From contig CAYGLJ010000002.1 in NCBI GenBank assembly GCA_964350865.1, positions 2,276 through 66,275 on the forward strand: 64,000 nucleotides of DNA, read 5' to 3'. Positions 19,489-29,263 of the stretch are shown piece by piece. Positions within the stretch are counted from its first letter, which is position 1. Every line of letters starts with the position of its first letter. Both the position numbers and the translations under genes were made by a program. A model generated the notes under the pieces. The model saw only the letters and a program-made list of their open reading frames with translations. It did not search any database and was not told the origin of the DNA. The stretch is from an uncultured Microbacteriaceae bacterium. Lineage in GTDB: Bacteria; Actinomycetota; Actinomycetes; Actinomycetales; Microbacteriaceae.

Positions 19489-21966
19489 ATGTTTGAGAGG
19501 TTTACCGACCGGGCACGCCGAGTCGTGGTCTTGGCGCAGGAAGAAGCCAAGATGCTGAACCACAACTACATCGGCACCGAGCACATCCTCTTGGGTCTTA
19601 TCCATGAGGGTGAAGGTGTTGCTGCCAAAGCCCTGGAGTCACTCGAAATCTCGCTCGAAGCAGTCCGCGAGCAGGTGCAGGAAATTATCGGTCAGGGTCA
19701 GCAAGCCCCCACCGGACACATCCCTTTCACCCCTCGCGCCAAGAAGGTTTTGGAGTTGAGCCTCCGCGAGGCACTCCAGCTAGGACACAACTACATCGGA
19801 ACCGAGCACATCTTGCTCGGCTTGATTCGCGAGGGTGAAGGTGTAGCTGCTCAGGTTCTGGTGAAGCTCGGTGCAGATTTGAACCGCGTTCGCCAGCAGG
19901 TCATCCAGTTGCTCTCGGGATACCAGGGCAAAGACCCCGTCTCTGTGGGTGGCTCGGAGACCGGCGGTAGCGACAAGGGTTCACAAGTTTTGGACCAGTT
20001 TGGGCGCAACCTGACCCAGGCAGCCCGTGAAGGAAAGCTCGACCCGGTCATTGGTCGCGAACGTGAGATGGAGCGGGTCATGCAGATCCTCTCCCGACGC
20101 TCGAAGAACAATCCTGTTCTCGTGGGTGAGCCCGGTGTCGGAAAGACCGCTGTTGTGGAGGGTCTTGCCCAAGCGATTGTGAAGGGCGATGTTCCCGAGA
20201 CATTGAAGGACAAGCAGCTCTACTCGCTGGACCTCGGCTCGTTGATTGCCGGTTCGCGCTACCGCGGTGACTTCGAAGAGCGCTTGAAGAAGGTCACCAA
20301 AGAGATTCGCACTCGCGGCGACATCATCGTGTTCATCGATGAGATCCACACCCTGGTGGGCGCTGGAGCCGCAGAGGGCGCTATCGACGCTGCCAGCATC
20401 TTGAAGCCTCTGCTGGCTCGTGGGGAGCTTCAGACCGTCGGTGCTACCACTCTGGATGAATACCGCAAGCACTTCGAGAAGGACGCCGCCCTGGAGCGTC
20501 GCTTCCAGTCTGTCCAGGTTCACCAGCCAAGCCCCGCTCACACCATCAACATTTTGAAGGGGTTGCGAGACAAGTACGAGGCTTTCCACAGAGTGTCGAT
20601 CACCGATGGAGCCATCGAGGCAGCGGTGAACCTCTCTGACCGTTACGTTCAGGATCGTTTCCTGCCGGACAAGGCCATCGACTTAATTGACGAGGCGGGA
20701 GCACGGCTTCGCCTGTCAATCCTCTCGAGCCCACCTGAGCTCCGGGAGTTTGACGAGAAGATTGCCGATGTCCGCTCTCGCAAGGAGGCAGCCATCGAGG
20801 GTCAAGACTTTGAGAAGGCAGCGTCGCTGCGTGATGAGGAAAAGACTCTTCTCGGCGAGCGTCTGCAGCTGGAAAAGAAGTGGCGCAGTGGCGAGGCCGG
20901 TGGCACTGGAGTCGTCGACGAAGGTGTCATTGCGGAGGTTCTCGCTGCCGCTACAGGCATCCCTGTCTTCAAGCTGACTGAAGAAGAGACTGCTCGCCTG
21001 ATGTTCATGGAGAAGGCCCTTCACCAGCGTGTGATCGGTCAGGAACAGGCAATCTCTGTTCTCTCCAAGACCATTCGTCGGACTCGCGCGGGCCTGAAAG
21101 ACCCGAAGCGCCCCAGCGGTTCCTTCATCTTCGCCGGTCCCACCGGAGTGGGAAAGACCGAGCTTGCAAAGGCCTTGGCGGAGTTCCTCTTTGATGACGA
21201 AGACGCCCTGATTGCTTTGGACATGTCAGAGTTCGGTGAGAAGCACACCGTCTCACGTCTGTTTGGGGCCCCTCCCGGATTCGTCGGATTTGAAGACGGT
21301 GGGCAGCTGACGGAGAAGGTGCGTCGCAAGCCGTTCAGTGTCGTGCTCTTTGACGAGATTGAGAAGGCGCACCCTGACATCTTCAACTCTCTGTTGCAGG
21401 TGTTGGAAGAAGGTCGCCTGACCGATGGTCAGGGTCGTGTGGTGGACTTCAAGAACACCGTGATCATCATGACCACGAACCTCGGAACGAAGGACATCAC
21501 CGGTGGCCCAGTCGGCTTCACGGTGGAGGGTGACACGGAAGCTAGCTACCAGTCGATGCGCGCCAAGGTTGTGGAGGAGTTGAAGAAGAACTTCAAGCCC
21601 GAGTTCCTCAACCGTGTGGATGAGACCATCGTCTTCCCGCAGCTGAACCAGGACGAACTGATGGAGATTGTGCACCTCTTCATCAAGCGACTCGGTGACC
21701 GCTTGCTGGATCGCGATATGACCATGAGCGTCTCCGATGAAGCCAAGAAGCAGCTCATTGTTCTGGGATGGGATCCCACCATGGGAGCGAGGCCGCTGCG
21801 TCGCGCTGTCCAGCAAAGCGTGGAGGACCCCTTGAGTGAGCGCATCCTGCAGGGCGAGTTGAACCCTGGTGAGCACATCACCGTCGACTTCGATGGCACC
21901 GAGTTCACCTTCGTAAGCAAGAAGCGCGAAGCGGAGCCAGTGGAAGCCGGAGTGCTCGAGTCCTAG
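19489..21966 (+). CDS. clpC: ATP-dependent Clp protease ATP-binding subunit ClpC
   Basis: Starts [13 protein letters not shown]. Duplicated Clp-N repeats, two Walker A sites (GEPGVGKTA and GPTGVGKTE) and a UVR-like linker. AAAGGAG lies 8 nt upstream of the ATG at 19489. Confidence 0.96.
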   Translation: MFERFTDRARRVVVLAQEEAKMLNHNYIGTEHILLGLIHEGEGVAAKALESLEISLEAVREQVQEIIGQGQQAPTGHIPFTPRAKKVLELSLREALQLGHNYIGTEHILLGLIREGEGVAAQVLVKLGADLNRVRQQVIQLLSGYQGKDPVSVGGSETGGSDKGSQVLDQFGRNLTQAAREGKLDPVIGREREMERVMQILSRRSKNNPVLVGEPGVGKTAVVEGLAQAIVKGDVPETLKDKQLYSLDLGSLIAGSRYRGDFEERLKKVTKEIRTRGDIIVFIDEIHTLVGAGAAEGAIDAASILKPLLARGELQTVGATTLDEYRKHFEKDAALERRFQSVQVHQPSPAHTINILKGLRDKYEAFHRVSITDGAIEAAVNLSDRYVQDRFLPDKAIDLIDEAGARLRLSILSSPPELREFDEKIADVRSRKEAAIEGQDFEKAASLRDEEKTLLGERLQLEKKWRSGEAGGTGVVDEGVIAEVLAAATGIPVFKLTEEETARLMFMEKALHQRVIGQEQAISVLSKTIRRTRAGLKDPKRPSGSFIFAGPTGVGKTELAKALAEFLFDDEDALIALDMSEFGEKHTVSRLFGAPPGFVGFEDGGQLTEKVRRKPFSVVLFDEIEKAHPDIFNSLLQVLEEGRLTDGQGRVVDFKNTVIIMTTNLGTKDITGGPVGFTVEGDTEASYQSMRAKVVEELKKNFKPEFLNRVDETIVFPQLNQDELMEIVHLFIKRLGDRLLDRDMTMSVSDEAKKQLIVLGWDPTMGARPLRRAVQQSVEDPLSERILQGELNPGEHITVDFDGTEFTFVSKKREAEPVEAGVLES

Positions 21967-21982
21967 GCGCTACGCTTTCCTG

Positions 21983-22498
21983 GTGACCCAGGCTCAACAG
22001 TGGACAATCCGACGTGCGCGCACGTCGGACATCCGCGCCATAGCCGCTCTCATTGAGCCCCTTGTCGAAGCACGGGTGCTCTTGGGCAAGGACCTCGTTG
22101 TGCTCTATGAGGCAGTCCAAGAGTTCACCGTGGCGACCACCCCTGAGGGGCAGGTTGTCGGTTGTGGTGCTTTGCATGTTTTTTGGGAAAACCTGGGAGA
22201 GATCAGGACGCTGGCTGTGTCTCCAGAGCATGTTGGCGCAGGAATAGGAACAGCTCTGGTGGCAGCCCTGGAAGAACAAGCTCGTGAGCTTGGGCTCGGC
22301 ACGCTTTTTTGCCTGACATTCGAAGTGGATTTTTTCCAGCGCAATGGTTTCCACGTCGAAGAGGACCAGATTGTGGATCCAGAGGTATATGTGGAGCTCG
22401 TGCGATCACCCGATGAGGGTGTCGCGGAGTTTCTCGATTTGGCCCGGGTGAAGCCCAATACGTTGGGTAATTCGCGGTTGGTGAAGGACCTTGACTAA
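21983..22498 (+). CDS. GNAT-family amino-acid N-acetyltransferase (short ArgA-like)
   Basis: 171 aa with an acetyl-CoA motif region LAVSPEHVGAGIGTALV. Size and pattern resemble short actinobacterial N-acetylglutamate synthases. Confidence 0.7.
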   Translation: MTQAQQWTIRRARTSDIRAIAALIEPLVEARVLLGKDLVVLYEAVQEFTVATTPEGQVVGCGALHVFWENLGEIRTLAVSPEHVGAGIGTALVAALEEQARELGLGTLFCLTFEVDFFQRNGFHVEEDQIVDPEVYVELVRSPDEGVAEFLDLARVKPNTLGNSRLVKDLD

Positions 22499-22567
22499 AC
22501 CTGTAAGTTCCTAGGCTCGCCGGGGCTAAGGCCCTAATTTCTCGCTCTCCAGTCGTACCCTAGGGCT

Positions 22568-23146
22568 ATGTCACAGGCTCAGCGCCCCCTTCCCTCCTCG
22601 GTCTACTGGAGGAGGAGACTCGTGGTGCTCGGCGGGCTAATCGGAGTTATCGCCGTCATTGTTCTGATTGTTGTCCGACCCGGGTTTGGCACCACCGCGG
22701 AGCCTGTGGAGGAGGTTACCGAGGAGCTTGCGGTCGTCGAAGTACCAAACTGTCTACCGAGTCAGCTCGAGATCACCGCTCGCACCGACCAGGCCAGTTA
22801 TGACTCTGGAATGAACCCCCAGCTGTGGATGGGTGTGAAGAACATTTCCACTGTGGAGTGCAAGGTGAACGCAGGAACGGACGTGCAGAAGTATGTCATT
22901 TCGTCGGGACCCGACCTCATCTGGTCCTCTGACGACTGCCAGACAGACGCTGTCCCCTATGAGCTGACACTCGCTCCCGGTTCGGAACAAGAAACCACTG
23001 CTATTCCGTGGGATCGGACCCGCTCAACTCCTGACACCTGTGGTGGTGATCGTCCGGTGATGCCTGCAGGTGGCGCGAGCTATCACCTCACCGTGCATTT
23101 AGGGAGCTTGGAGTCGGCCGAGACCAAGCAGTTCCTGCTCTACTAA
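22568..23146 (+). CDS. membrane-anchored extracytoplasmic protein of unknown function (Rv3587c-like position)
   Basis: N-terminal TM helix, then a roughly 140-aa domain with four Cys (paired-Cys beta-sandwich-like pattern). Convergent with radA. Confidence 0.5.
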   Translation: MSQAQRPLPSSVYWRRRLVVLGGLIGVIAVIVLIVVRPGFGTTAEPVEEVTEELAVVEVPNCLPSQLEITARTDQASYDSGMNPQLWMGVKNISTVECKVNAGTDVQKYVISSGPDLIWSSDDCQTDAVPYELTLAPGSEQETTAIPWDRTRSTPDTCGGDRPVMPAGGASYHLTVHLGSLESAETKQFLLY

Positions 23147-24495
23147 AAAGTAGGCTCTTTCTGCTTCTGTGGGCTCTTCGAAAACGCCTGCGTGATGGCC
23201 TCGTGAATACTCGGAGTGGTGTGATCGAGCACTGAGTTAAAGCCCAACCGCGATGCTTCCGATGCTCGCTGCGGAGCCTGGGTGACAGCGCGGATCTCGC
23301 CCGCGAGGCTGATCTCCCCAATTGCCGCCATTTCTTGTGAAAGTGGGATGTCTTTAGTGGCACTGGCGATTGCGAGAGCAATGGCCAAATCTGTGGCTGG
23401 CTCGTAGACCTTGATGCCCCCCACGGTGGATACATAGACATCCGCCGAGGACACGGGAAGCCCAGCTCGACGCTCCAGTACCGCCAGGATCATTGCGACT
23501 CGGGAAGACTCCACCCCATTGACCACCCGCCTGGGTTGGGCCGCAGTGCTGGGCACAACAAGCGCCTGAATTTCCACAGGGAGAGCTCGCCGTCCCTCCA
23601 GAGCAATGGTCGTGCAGGTTCCGCTGACTGCCTTACTGGTGTGAGAGCGAAAGAGAGAGCTGGGGTCTGGCACTTCGAGGATGCCCTCACCACTCATCTC
23701 GAAACATCCCACTTCGTCGGTGGGACCAAATCGGTTCTTGAGCGCTCGCACAAAGCGCAACGAGGTCTGCCGGTCCCCTTCGAAGTGGCAGACGACGTCA
23801 ACCAAGTGCTCGAGAGTCCTGGGGCCAGCGACTTGTCCATCTTTGGTGACGTGTCCCACCAGAATGATTGGCAAGTGGGAGTTCTTCGCCACCCTAATGA
23901 GGGTTGCAGCGACTTCCCTGACCTGCGCTACGCCACCAGCCGAGCTCTCCAAAACTCCAGACGACACCGTTTGAATGGAGTCGACAATCATGAGTTCCGG
24001 GTTTACCTGATCAATGTGTCCCAGTACCCCGCCGAGGTCCGTCTCGTTGGCGAGGAAAAGATTGTCGTCGAGGCCGTTGGTGCGTGATGCACGCAAGTAC
24101 ACCTGGCCTGCAGATTCTTCGGCGCTGACGTAGAGGACTTTCTTCCCACCCTGAGCCGCTTTCGCGGCCACATCCAGTAGGAGTGTGGACTTCCCCACCC
24201 CTGGTTCGCCGGAGAGCAAAATGACGGCACCCGGGACAATCCCACCGCCGAGAACCCGGTCAAACTCTCCCACCCCGGTGGGTACATGACCGCTTTCGTT
24301 GCCCGAGTGCTCCGTGATCGGTTTTGCTATCCGCTCAGCGCTGGGAACAACAGCGACCGCTTGTCGCGACGCACTCGTGGGCGCACCGACTTCGATGACA
24401 GTTCCCCAGGACTGGCACTCGCCACACCGCCCCACCCATTTGAGGGTGGTCCACCCGCATTCATCACAGCGATAGGGGGACTCGGTTTTGGCCAT
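23143..24495 (-). CDS. radA: DNA repair protein RadA
   Basis: Zn ribbon CDECGW..CGEC, Walker A GEPGVGKST, KNRFG motif and a Lon-like C-terminal domain. Confidence 0.95.
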   Translation of the reverse strand: MAKTESPYRCDECGWTTLKWVGRCGECQSWGTVIEVGAPTSASRQAVAVVPSAERIAKPITEHSGNESGHVPTGVGEFDRVLGGGIVPGAVILLSGEPGVGKSTLLLDVAAKAAQGGKKVLYVSAEESAGQVYLRASRTNGLDDNLFLANETDLGGVLGHIDQVNPELMIVDSIQTVSSGVLESSAGGVAQVREVAATLIRVAKNSHLPIILVGHVTKDGQVAGPRTLEHLVDVVCHFEGDRQTSLRFVRALKNRFGPTDEVGCFEMSGEGILEVPDPSSLFRSHTSKAVSGTCTTIALEGRRALPVEIQALVVPSTAAQPRRVVNGVESSRVAMILAVLERRAGLPVSSADVYVSTVGGIKVYEPATDLAIALAIASATKDIPLSQEMAAIGEISLAGEIRAVTQAPQRASEASRLGFNSVLDHTTPSIHEAITQAFSKSPQKQKEPTF

Positions 24496-24564
24496 GCTAT
24501 GAGCCTAAAGCTCCCCACTGACCGAGGCTGAAGGTGGGATGGGTGTCTGTGTAAACTAGCGGGC

Positions 24565-24654
24565 GGTACCGTGTCCGAGCGGCCGAAGGTGCAACTCTCG
24601 AAAAGTTGTGTGGGTGCAAGCCCACCGTGGGTTCAAATCCCACCGGTACCGCCA
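24565..24654 (+). tRNA. tRNA-Ser (anticodon CGA)
   Basis: Acceptor ggtaccg/cggtacc, D arm tccgagcggccgaagg, anticodon arm caact-ctCGAaa-agttg, a long variable arm and T arm gtggg-ttcaaat-cccac. Discriminator G and an encoded CCA. Confidence 0.9.
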
Positions 24655-24677
24655 GTTTTTTCTCCAGGATTGAGACT

Positions 24678-25568
24678 ATGGCGCTCTACAAGGTTCTGCT
24701 GTACTACTGCTTCACTCCCTTGGCAGATCCTGACGCCATTCGCTTGTGGCAACGCGATTTATGTGAGTCGTTGGGCTTGGGTGGCCGGATCATCATTGCG
24801 CCTCATGGAATCAATGGCACGGTCGGCGGTGAGATTGGCGCAGTCAAGAAGTACTGGCGAAAAACTCGCGAATATCGAGCATTTCGTGACATCGACTTCA
24901 AGTGGAGCGAGGGTAGTGGGCCGGAGGATTTTCCGAGGTTGAAGGTCCGGGTCCGAGATGAGCTTGTCGGGTTCGGGGCCCCTGAGGAAGTTGTGGTGGG
25001 GGAGAACGGTGTCACCAGCGGTGGGCAACACCTGAGTCCGGAGCAACTCCATGAACTAGTCGCGACTAAACCGGTGACCTTCTTTGACGGTCGCAATAAG
25101 TGGGAAGCGGACATTGGCCGATTCAAGGACGCCATCGTTCCTGACACTCGCACCTCGCATGATTTTGTGCGGGAACTCGACAGCGGAAAATATGACCACC
25201 TCAAAAATCAACCCGTAGTCACCTATTGCACCGGGGGTGTCCGGTGTGAGGTGCTCTCCGCGATGATGATCAAGCGCGGTTTCCAAGAGGTCTACCAATT
25301 GGATGGTGGGATTGTCCGTTATGGAGAAAAGTATGGGGACTCGGGACTCTGGGAAGGCTCCCTCTACGTTTTTGATAACCGCAAGGCTGTGACGTTTTCG
25401 TCGGAAGCAGCAGTGATTGGTCAGTGTGTTGTGTGCGGAGCTGCATCATCACGAATGCAGAACTGTTCGAGTCTCGCGTGCACTTTTGAGTCAGTTGTGT
25501 GCCAAGGGTGCTCAGAACACGACTTTCTGTGTGAGGAAGACCGCGGGTTGGCGCGCTCCCGCGACTAA
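24678..25568 (+). CDS. trhO: rhodanese-related tRNA uridine(34) hydroxylase TrhO (UPF0176/YceA family)
   Basis: Starts [12 protein letters not shown] and has the rhodanese active-site loop YCTGGVRCE and a Cys-rich C-terminus. The track ORF from 24606 overlaps tRNA-Ser and is rejected as the start. Confidence 0.85.
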   Translation: MALYKVLLYYCFTPLADPDAIRLWQRDLCESLGLGGRIIIAPHGINGTVGGEIGAVKKYWRKTREYRAFRDIDFKWSEGSGPEDFPRLKVRVRDELVGFGAPEEVVVGENGVTSGGQHLSPEQLHELVATKPVTFFDGRNKWEADIGRFKDAIVPDTRTSHDFVRELDSGKYDHLKNQPVVTYCTGGVRCEVLSAMMIKRGFQEVYQLDGGIVRYGEKYGDSGLWEGSLYVFDNRKAVTFSSEAAVIGQCVVCGAASSRMQNCSSLACTFESVVCQGCSEHDFLCEEDRGLARSRD

Positions 25569-26275
25569 ATCCCTGAGACGCCGAGCGCGGTGCCGATTCC
25601 CCAACTTATTGCCAGCGCTAAGGCCCCGCCGCCCATCACTCTCATAACCGGACGCAGGATGGGGCTCTGTCCCAGGTAAGCGCCAATACCTCCGGTGAGG
25701 CCAAGCGCGAGGAGAGATGCCGCGAATGTGAGAGGGATGCGCACTGCTTCGGGTCCCAAGAGTATGGCCAGCATGGGTAACGCGGATCCGGCAAGAAAAG
25801 ACAGCGCTGATGAGATCGCTGCATGCCAGGGGTTGGTGAGCTCGAGTTCATTGATGCCAAGCTCAGCCTCGAGGTGCGCCGCGACGGCGTCGTGATCAGT
25901 GAGTTCGCGAGCGACAGCGGCAGCTGTTGAGGCACTGAGCCCACGTTGTTGATACAGGTCAGCCAACTCTTGCAACTCAGCCTCAGGGTTGTCTTCAAGC
26001 TCTTGACGCTCGCGCTTGATGAGGGAGGCTTCGCTATCGCGTTGGGACGAGACAGAGACATACTCACCTAAGGCCATCGAGAGCGATCCTGCAATGATTC
26101 CGGCCGTGCCGGCAATCAAGATGGGACCGGTGTCTGATGTTGCCGCCGCTACACCCACGACGAGAGCGGCAATAGACACAATCCCATCATTGGCACCCAG
26201 GACCCCAGCGCGAAGCCAGTTAAGTCGGGGGGCAAAATTCAGCCGATGGGGCTCAAACTCTTGCTCGGTGGACAC
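25565..26275 (-). CDS. VIT1/CCC1-family Fe/Mn transporter
   Basis: [14 protein letters not shown] motif, a central acidic helical region, and C-terminal TM helices. GTG start. Confidence 0.85.
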   Translation of the reverse strand: MSTEQEFEPHRLNFAPRLNWLRAGVLGANDGIVSIAALVVGVAAATSDTGPILIAGTAGIIAGSLSMALGEYVSVSSQRDSEASLIKRERQELEDNPEAELQELADLYQQRGLSASTAAAVARELTDHDAVAAHLEAELGINELELTNPWHAAISSALSFLAGSALPMLAILLGPEAVRIPLTFAASLLALGLTGGIGAYLGQSPILRPVMRVMGGGALALAISWGIGTALGVSGI

Positions 26276-26585
26276 CTGAAGAGTCTACTGTGAGGGTTTT
26301 TTCTCGCGAACGGGGGTCCCTCACTGCTCGAAGAGCCCCGAGAATCGACACCAAATCCACGATCTCTTGGAGGAGCGCCCCCTACCAGCACTGCCGCAAG
26401 CACCCAGGGGTAGCGACGGAGAAACCGCATCATTTTTACCATCACTGGGATTCTGTCATGTGACGCGGGTCGGGAACTCCTCGGGGTTCTACACTCATAA
26501 TGAGCGATGAACTTCCTTCGTCAGGAGGTTTCTACGCTTGTAGGTCTGGGGTGACGCATCGCAGGCTTTACGACTAAGGAGCGCA

Positions 26586-27758
26586 ATGTCCCTCGACCTC
26601 GATGCTTCGGATTATCCGTCACCTCAGCGACAGCGGGGCTTAAAGGGTCGAGAAACGTTCGTTGTCGCAAGCGTCGCGGTACTTTCGCTGATACTCGGAG
26701 CTCTTGTCCAGGTTGTTTTTCCTCCGGCGCCACGAACACTCATCGTCTTAGCTGAATCCGGAGCGGCATCGGCAGAATCCTTCGGTGACATTTCACTCGC
26801 TGTCGACTATGAGTATGTTCCTGGCCCGGGGCTCTCCGATGCCGAGGGTTCGGGAGCGGTGTATGAACTGTCATTGCAGGGAGATCCACTTGGCCTCCTG
26901 ACAGAACTCGGCAGTATTTATGGTGTTGAGGGCGTCGCGGGACCCAGCCAATACTTTGATGAGCAGTGGCCGGGCTACGTTCTTGGGCCAGAAGATTGGA
27001 GTGGCCCCACTCTGAACCTCACCTGGAGTGGCACAGGACCGTGGTACTACAGCAACCCTGCTGCATATCAAGAGCCGACTTGTCGCGAGGTTATTCCCGA
27101 GGAAGGGTCTGAGGAGCTGGGAGGTTTTGAATGCGAGAACCCTGAACCCAGCGGGCCACTCCCCAGCGTCGAGGAAGCCACGACGATGGCGGCGGATTTA
27201 CTCCAGAAATCAGGACTCGACATCGTGGAGTCAGACTTGACTGTCTTGGCCAATGATGACTGGGGAGTTGGACTCAGCGCAATCCAGCAACTCGATGGTC
27301 GTGATACTGCTCTGGAATGGAGTGTCTTTTTTGGTCCGGGACCAACCCTCGCCTCGGTGTCTGGTCATTCCGCGACCCCTATCTCCCGAGGAGATTTCAC
27401 TACCGTGAGCCCCATCGCTGCGGTGGAGAGACTCGCATCTGGTCAGTGGTGGGGAAGCCCCGCACCTCTTTACCATTCTGGATTTGACAGTGTTTTTGCT
27501 GACGGGCTGGTGATGGAGGAACCCTTCTACCCTGAGCCCGGTGAGGTCATCACACTGACGGTGGAAAGCTCAGAAGTGGCACCGCTACTCGTGTGGGATG
27601 CATCGGGAACCGCCTGGCTGGTTCCCGGTTACATCATGAGACACGGCAGTGAGCCGTGGAACGCGTCAGCGGTAATCTCTCTAGAGGAAGGTGTCATTCA
27701 GTTGCCTGAACCCACGATGGTCGACATCATGCCGTTGCCGGAGGGAGAACAATCGTGA
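26586..27758 (+). CDS. membrane-anchored extracytoplasmic protein of unknown function
   Basis: 390 aa with one N-terminal TM helix and an acidic Trp/Gly-rich ectodomain; I recognise no family motif. Strong SD AAGGAG upstream. GTGA overlap with the downstream AKR gene. Confidence 0.5.
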   Translation: MSLDLDASDYPSPQRQRGLKGRETFVVASVAVLSLILGALVQVVFPPAPRTLIVLAESGAASAESFGDISLAVDYEYVPGPGLSDAEGSGAVYELSLQGDPLGLLTELGSIYGVEGVAGPSQYFDEQWPGYVLGPEDWSGPTLNLTWSGTGPWYYSNPAAYQEPTCREVIPEEGSEELGGFECENPEPSGPLPSVEEATTMAADLLQKSGLDIVESDLTVLANDDWGVGLSAIQQLDGRDTALEWSVFFGPGPTLASVSGHSATPISRGDFTTVSPIAAVERLASGQWWGSPAPLYHSGFDSVFADGLVMEEPFYPEPGEVITLTVESSEVAPLLVWDASGTAWLVPGYIMRHGSEPWNASAVISLEEGVIQLPEPTMVDIMPLPEGEQS

Positions 27759-28714
27759 CGACCCGCAGACTGGGACCGTGGAAGGTCTTTCCGCTGGGGC
27801 TGGGATGCATGAATGTTTCGTGGCCACGAGGTGCGGCCGTATCAGAGGACACTCGTTATGCCAGCGCGATTCCCGGTATTCATGCGGGACTCGATGCTGG
27901 AGTCACTCTTCTGGACACCGCAGACATCTATGCACCCGCGTGGGACCAAGTCGGGCATAACGAGACTTTTGTCGCGGAAGCTCTTCAGATGTGGGAGGCG
28001 GAGCCCGCACAGAAAGCTAAGGTCTTGGTCGCCACCAAAGGTGGAATCACCCGCAGTGACGGCGAAAAATGGGGGCGAAACGGAAGCCTTGATTATCTTG
28101 TGGGCGCAGCGGAGCGCTCGCGTGAACGCCTCGGTGTTGACGTGATCGATCTGTGGCAGCACCACAGGCTCGACCCGGAACTCCCTTTTGAGACCCAGTT
28201 TGAGAATGTCCTCGAGCTCAAGAGTCGAGGAATTGTCCGGGAAATTGGGGTCTCCAATTACAACGCAGCTCAACTCACCAAAGCCCTCGAGCTAGGGGGT
28301 GGTCCCGATGAGGGTGGCCTGATCTCGGTGCAAAATGAGTTCAGTCCTCTCTATCGTCATGATCGTGAAGTTCTGGAGATCTGTGAAGAGAAGGGCATTG
28401 CCTTCCTTCCATGGTCCCCCTTGGGAGGGTCGAAAAAGGTGAATCGGATCACCTCCGGTGAGGTGGGTTCCTTCGTGAGTATGGCCGAGGAGAAAGCTGT
28501 TAGCCCAGAATCATTGGTGCTCGCTTGGCTGCTCGCCTACTCGCCCGTCATCATCCCGATTCCCGGAGCAACACGGGTTGAAACGATTAGGGACTCTGTG
28601 TCGGCCGCGGAGGTCGTCCTCACGGATGAGGAGCGAGATGCTCTGAGCGCCTCTCTACCGGAGAGCTTGCCGCGCTCCCCAGAGCTCGAGCCGAGTCCTC
28701 CCTGGCGGGACTAA
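27755..28714 (+). CDS. aldo/keto reductase
   Basis: LGLGCM...LDTADIY...GGITR(K)...LWQHHRLDP...GVSNY...IPGA pattern of the AKR superfamily. Confidence 0.9.
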   Translation: MTTRRLGPWKVFPLGLGCMNVSWPRGAAVSEDTRYASAIPGIHAGLDAGVTLLDTADIYAPAWDQVGHNETFVAEALQMWEAEPAQKAKVLVATKGGITRSDGEKWGRNGSLDYLVGAAERSRERLGVDVIDLWQHHRLDPELPFETQFENVLELKSRGIVREIGVSNYNAAQLTKALELGGGPDEGGLISVQNEFSPLYRHDREVLEICEEKGIAFLPWSPLGGSKKVNRITSGEVGSFVSMAEEKAVSPESLVLAWLLAYSPVIIPIPGATRVETIRDSVSAAEVVLTDEERDALSASLPESLPRSPELEPSPPWRD

Positions 28715-28717
28715 TGC

Positions 28718-29215
28718 TTACGCTCCCGAACTGACGGGAGCAATTTCGGCGGCCCCGAGGATGCGCCATCCCTCATCGGTGTTGATCATCTCGTAGTAGT
28801 AGGTGAACACCTCACCAGAGACTGTTCTGACAGTCACCACGGTGTTGCCGAGGTCCCTGGGAAAGAGTACGCAGTCGCTCAGAGTGTGGGAGCGTGACTC
28901 GAGAAGACTGGAATAGCCGTCCTGGATGACAATTTCAAAAACTTCGAGAGAAACATTCATTTGAAACGATGGAGCCGCCCATGCGTAGGCCGCGGCGAAG
29001 TCACCGGCCCGGAGCGCGTCGATTTGAGCACCGATGGATTCGCCCATGTCCCGCTCGTTAGCCACATCACACGGTGCAGGAGCGCTCAAAGGCGCCGTCT
29101 CAGAGGTTTCTTGCTCACTCTGTGGCTCCGCGGGAGGCGGGTTGGAAGAGTCCTCAGAAGCACAGCCGCCCAGCACGAGTGCAGAGAGCACTACTCCCAG
29201 TAGCAGTTTCACCAA
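28718..29215 (-). CDS. lipoprotein, DUF4864/SnoaL-like
   Basis: Lipobox LVLGGC. The mature part has QIDALRAGDFAAAYAWAAPSFQ...YYYEMINTDEGWRILG, which resembles DUF4864. Confidence 0.5.
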   Translation of the reverse strand: MVKLLLGVVLSALVLGGCASEDSSNPPPAEPQSEQETSETAPLSAPAPCDVANERDMGESIGAQIDALRAGDFAAAYAWAAPSFQMNVSLEVFEIVIQDGYSSLLESRSHTLSDCVLFPRDLGNTVVTVRTVSGEVFTYYYEMINTDEGWRILGAAEIAPVSSGA

Positions 29216-29263
29216 GACCCCCTCTCACGCTTACTCTCCCAAAGCCAACTGGACGTTTGCGGA

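Noticed and set aside
24571-24677. ORF starts at 24571 and 24606, which overlap tRNA-Ser.
   Set aside because: These frames read through the tRNA gene. The TrhO-like sequence begins at the Met at 24678.
26276-26460. Possible yybP-ykoY (Mn) riboswitch in the leader of the VIT1/CCC1-family transporter.
   Set aside because: Reading the minus strand, I could not find the conserved GGGGAGUAG or GAGAGAC-type cores or the four-way architecture. Only an Rfam scan could settle this.
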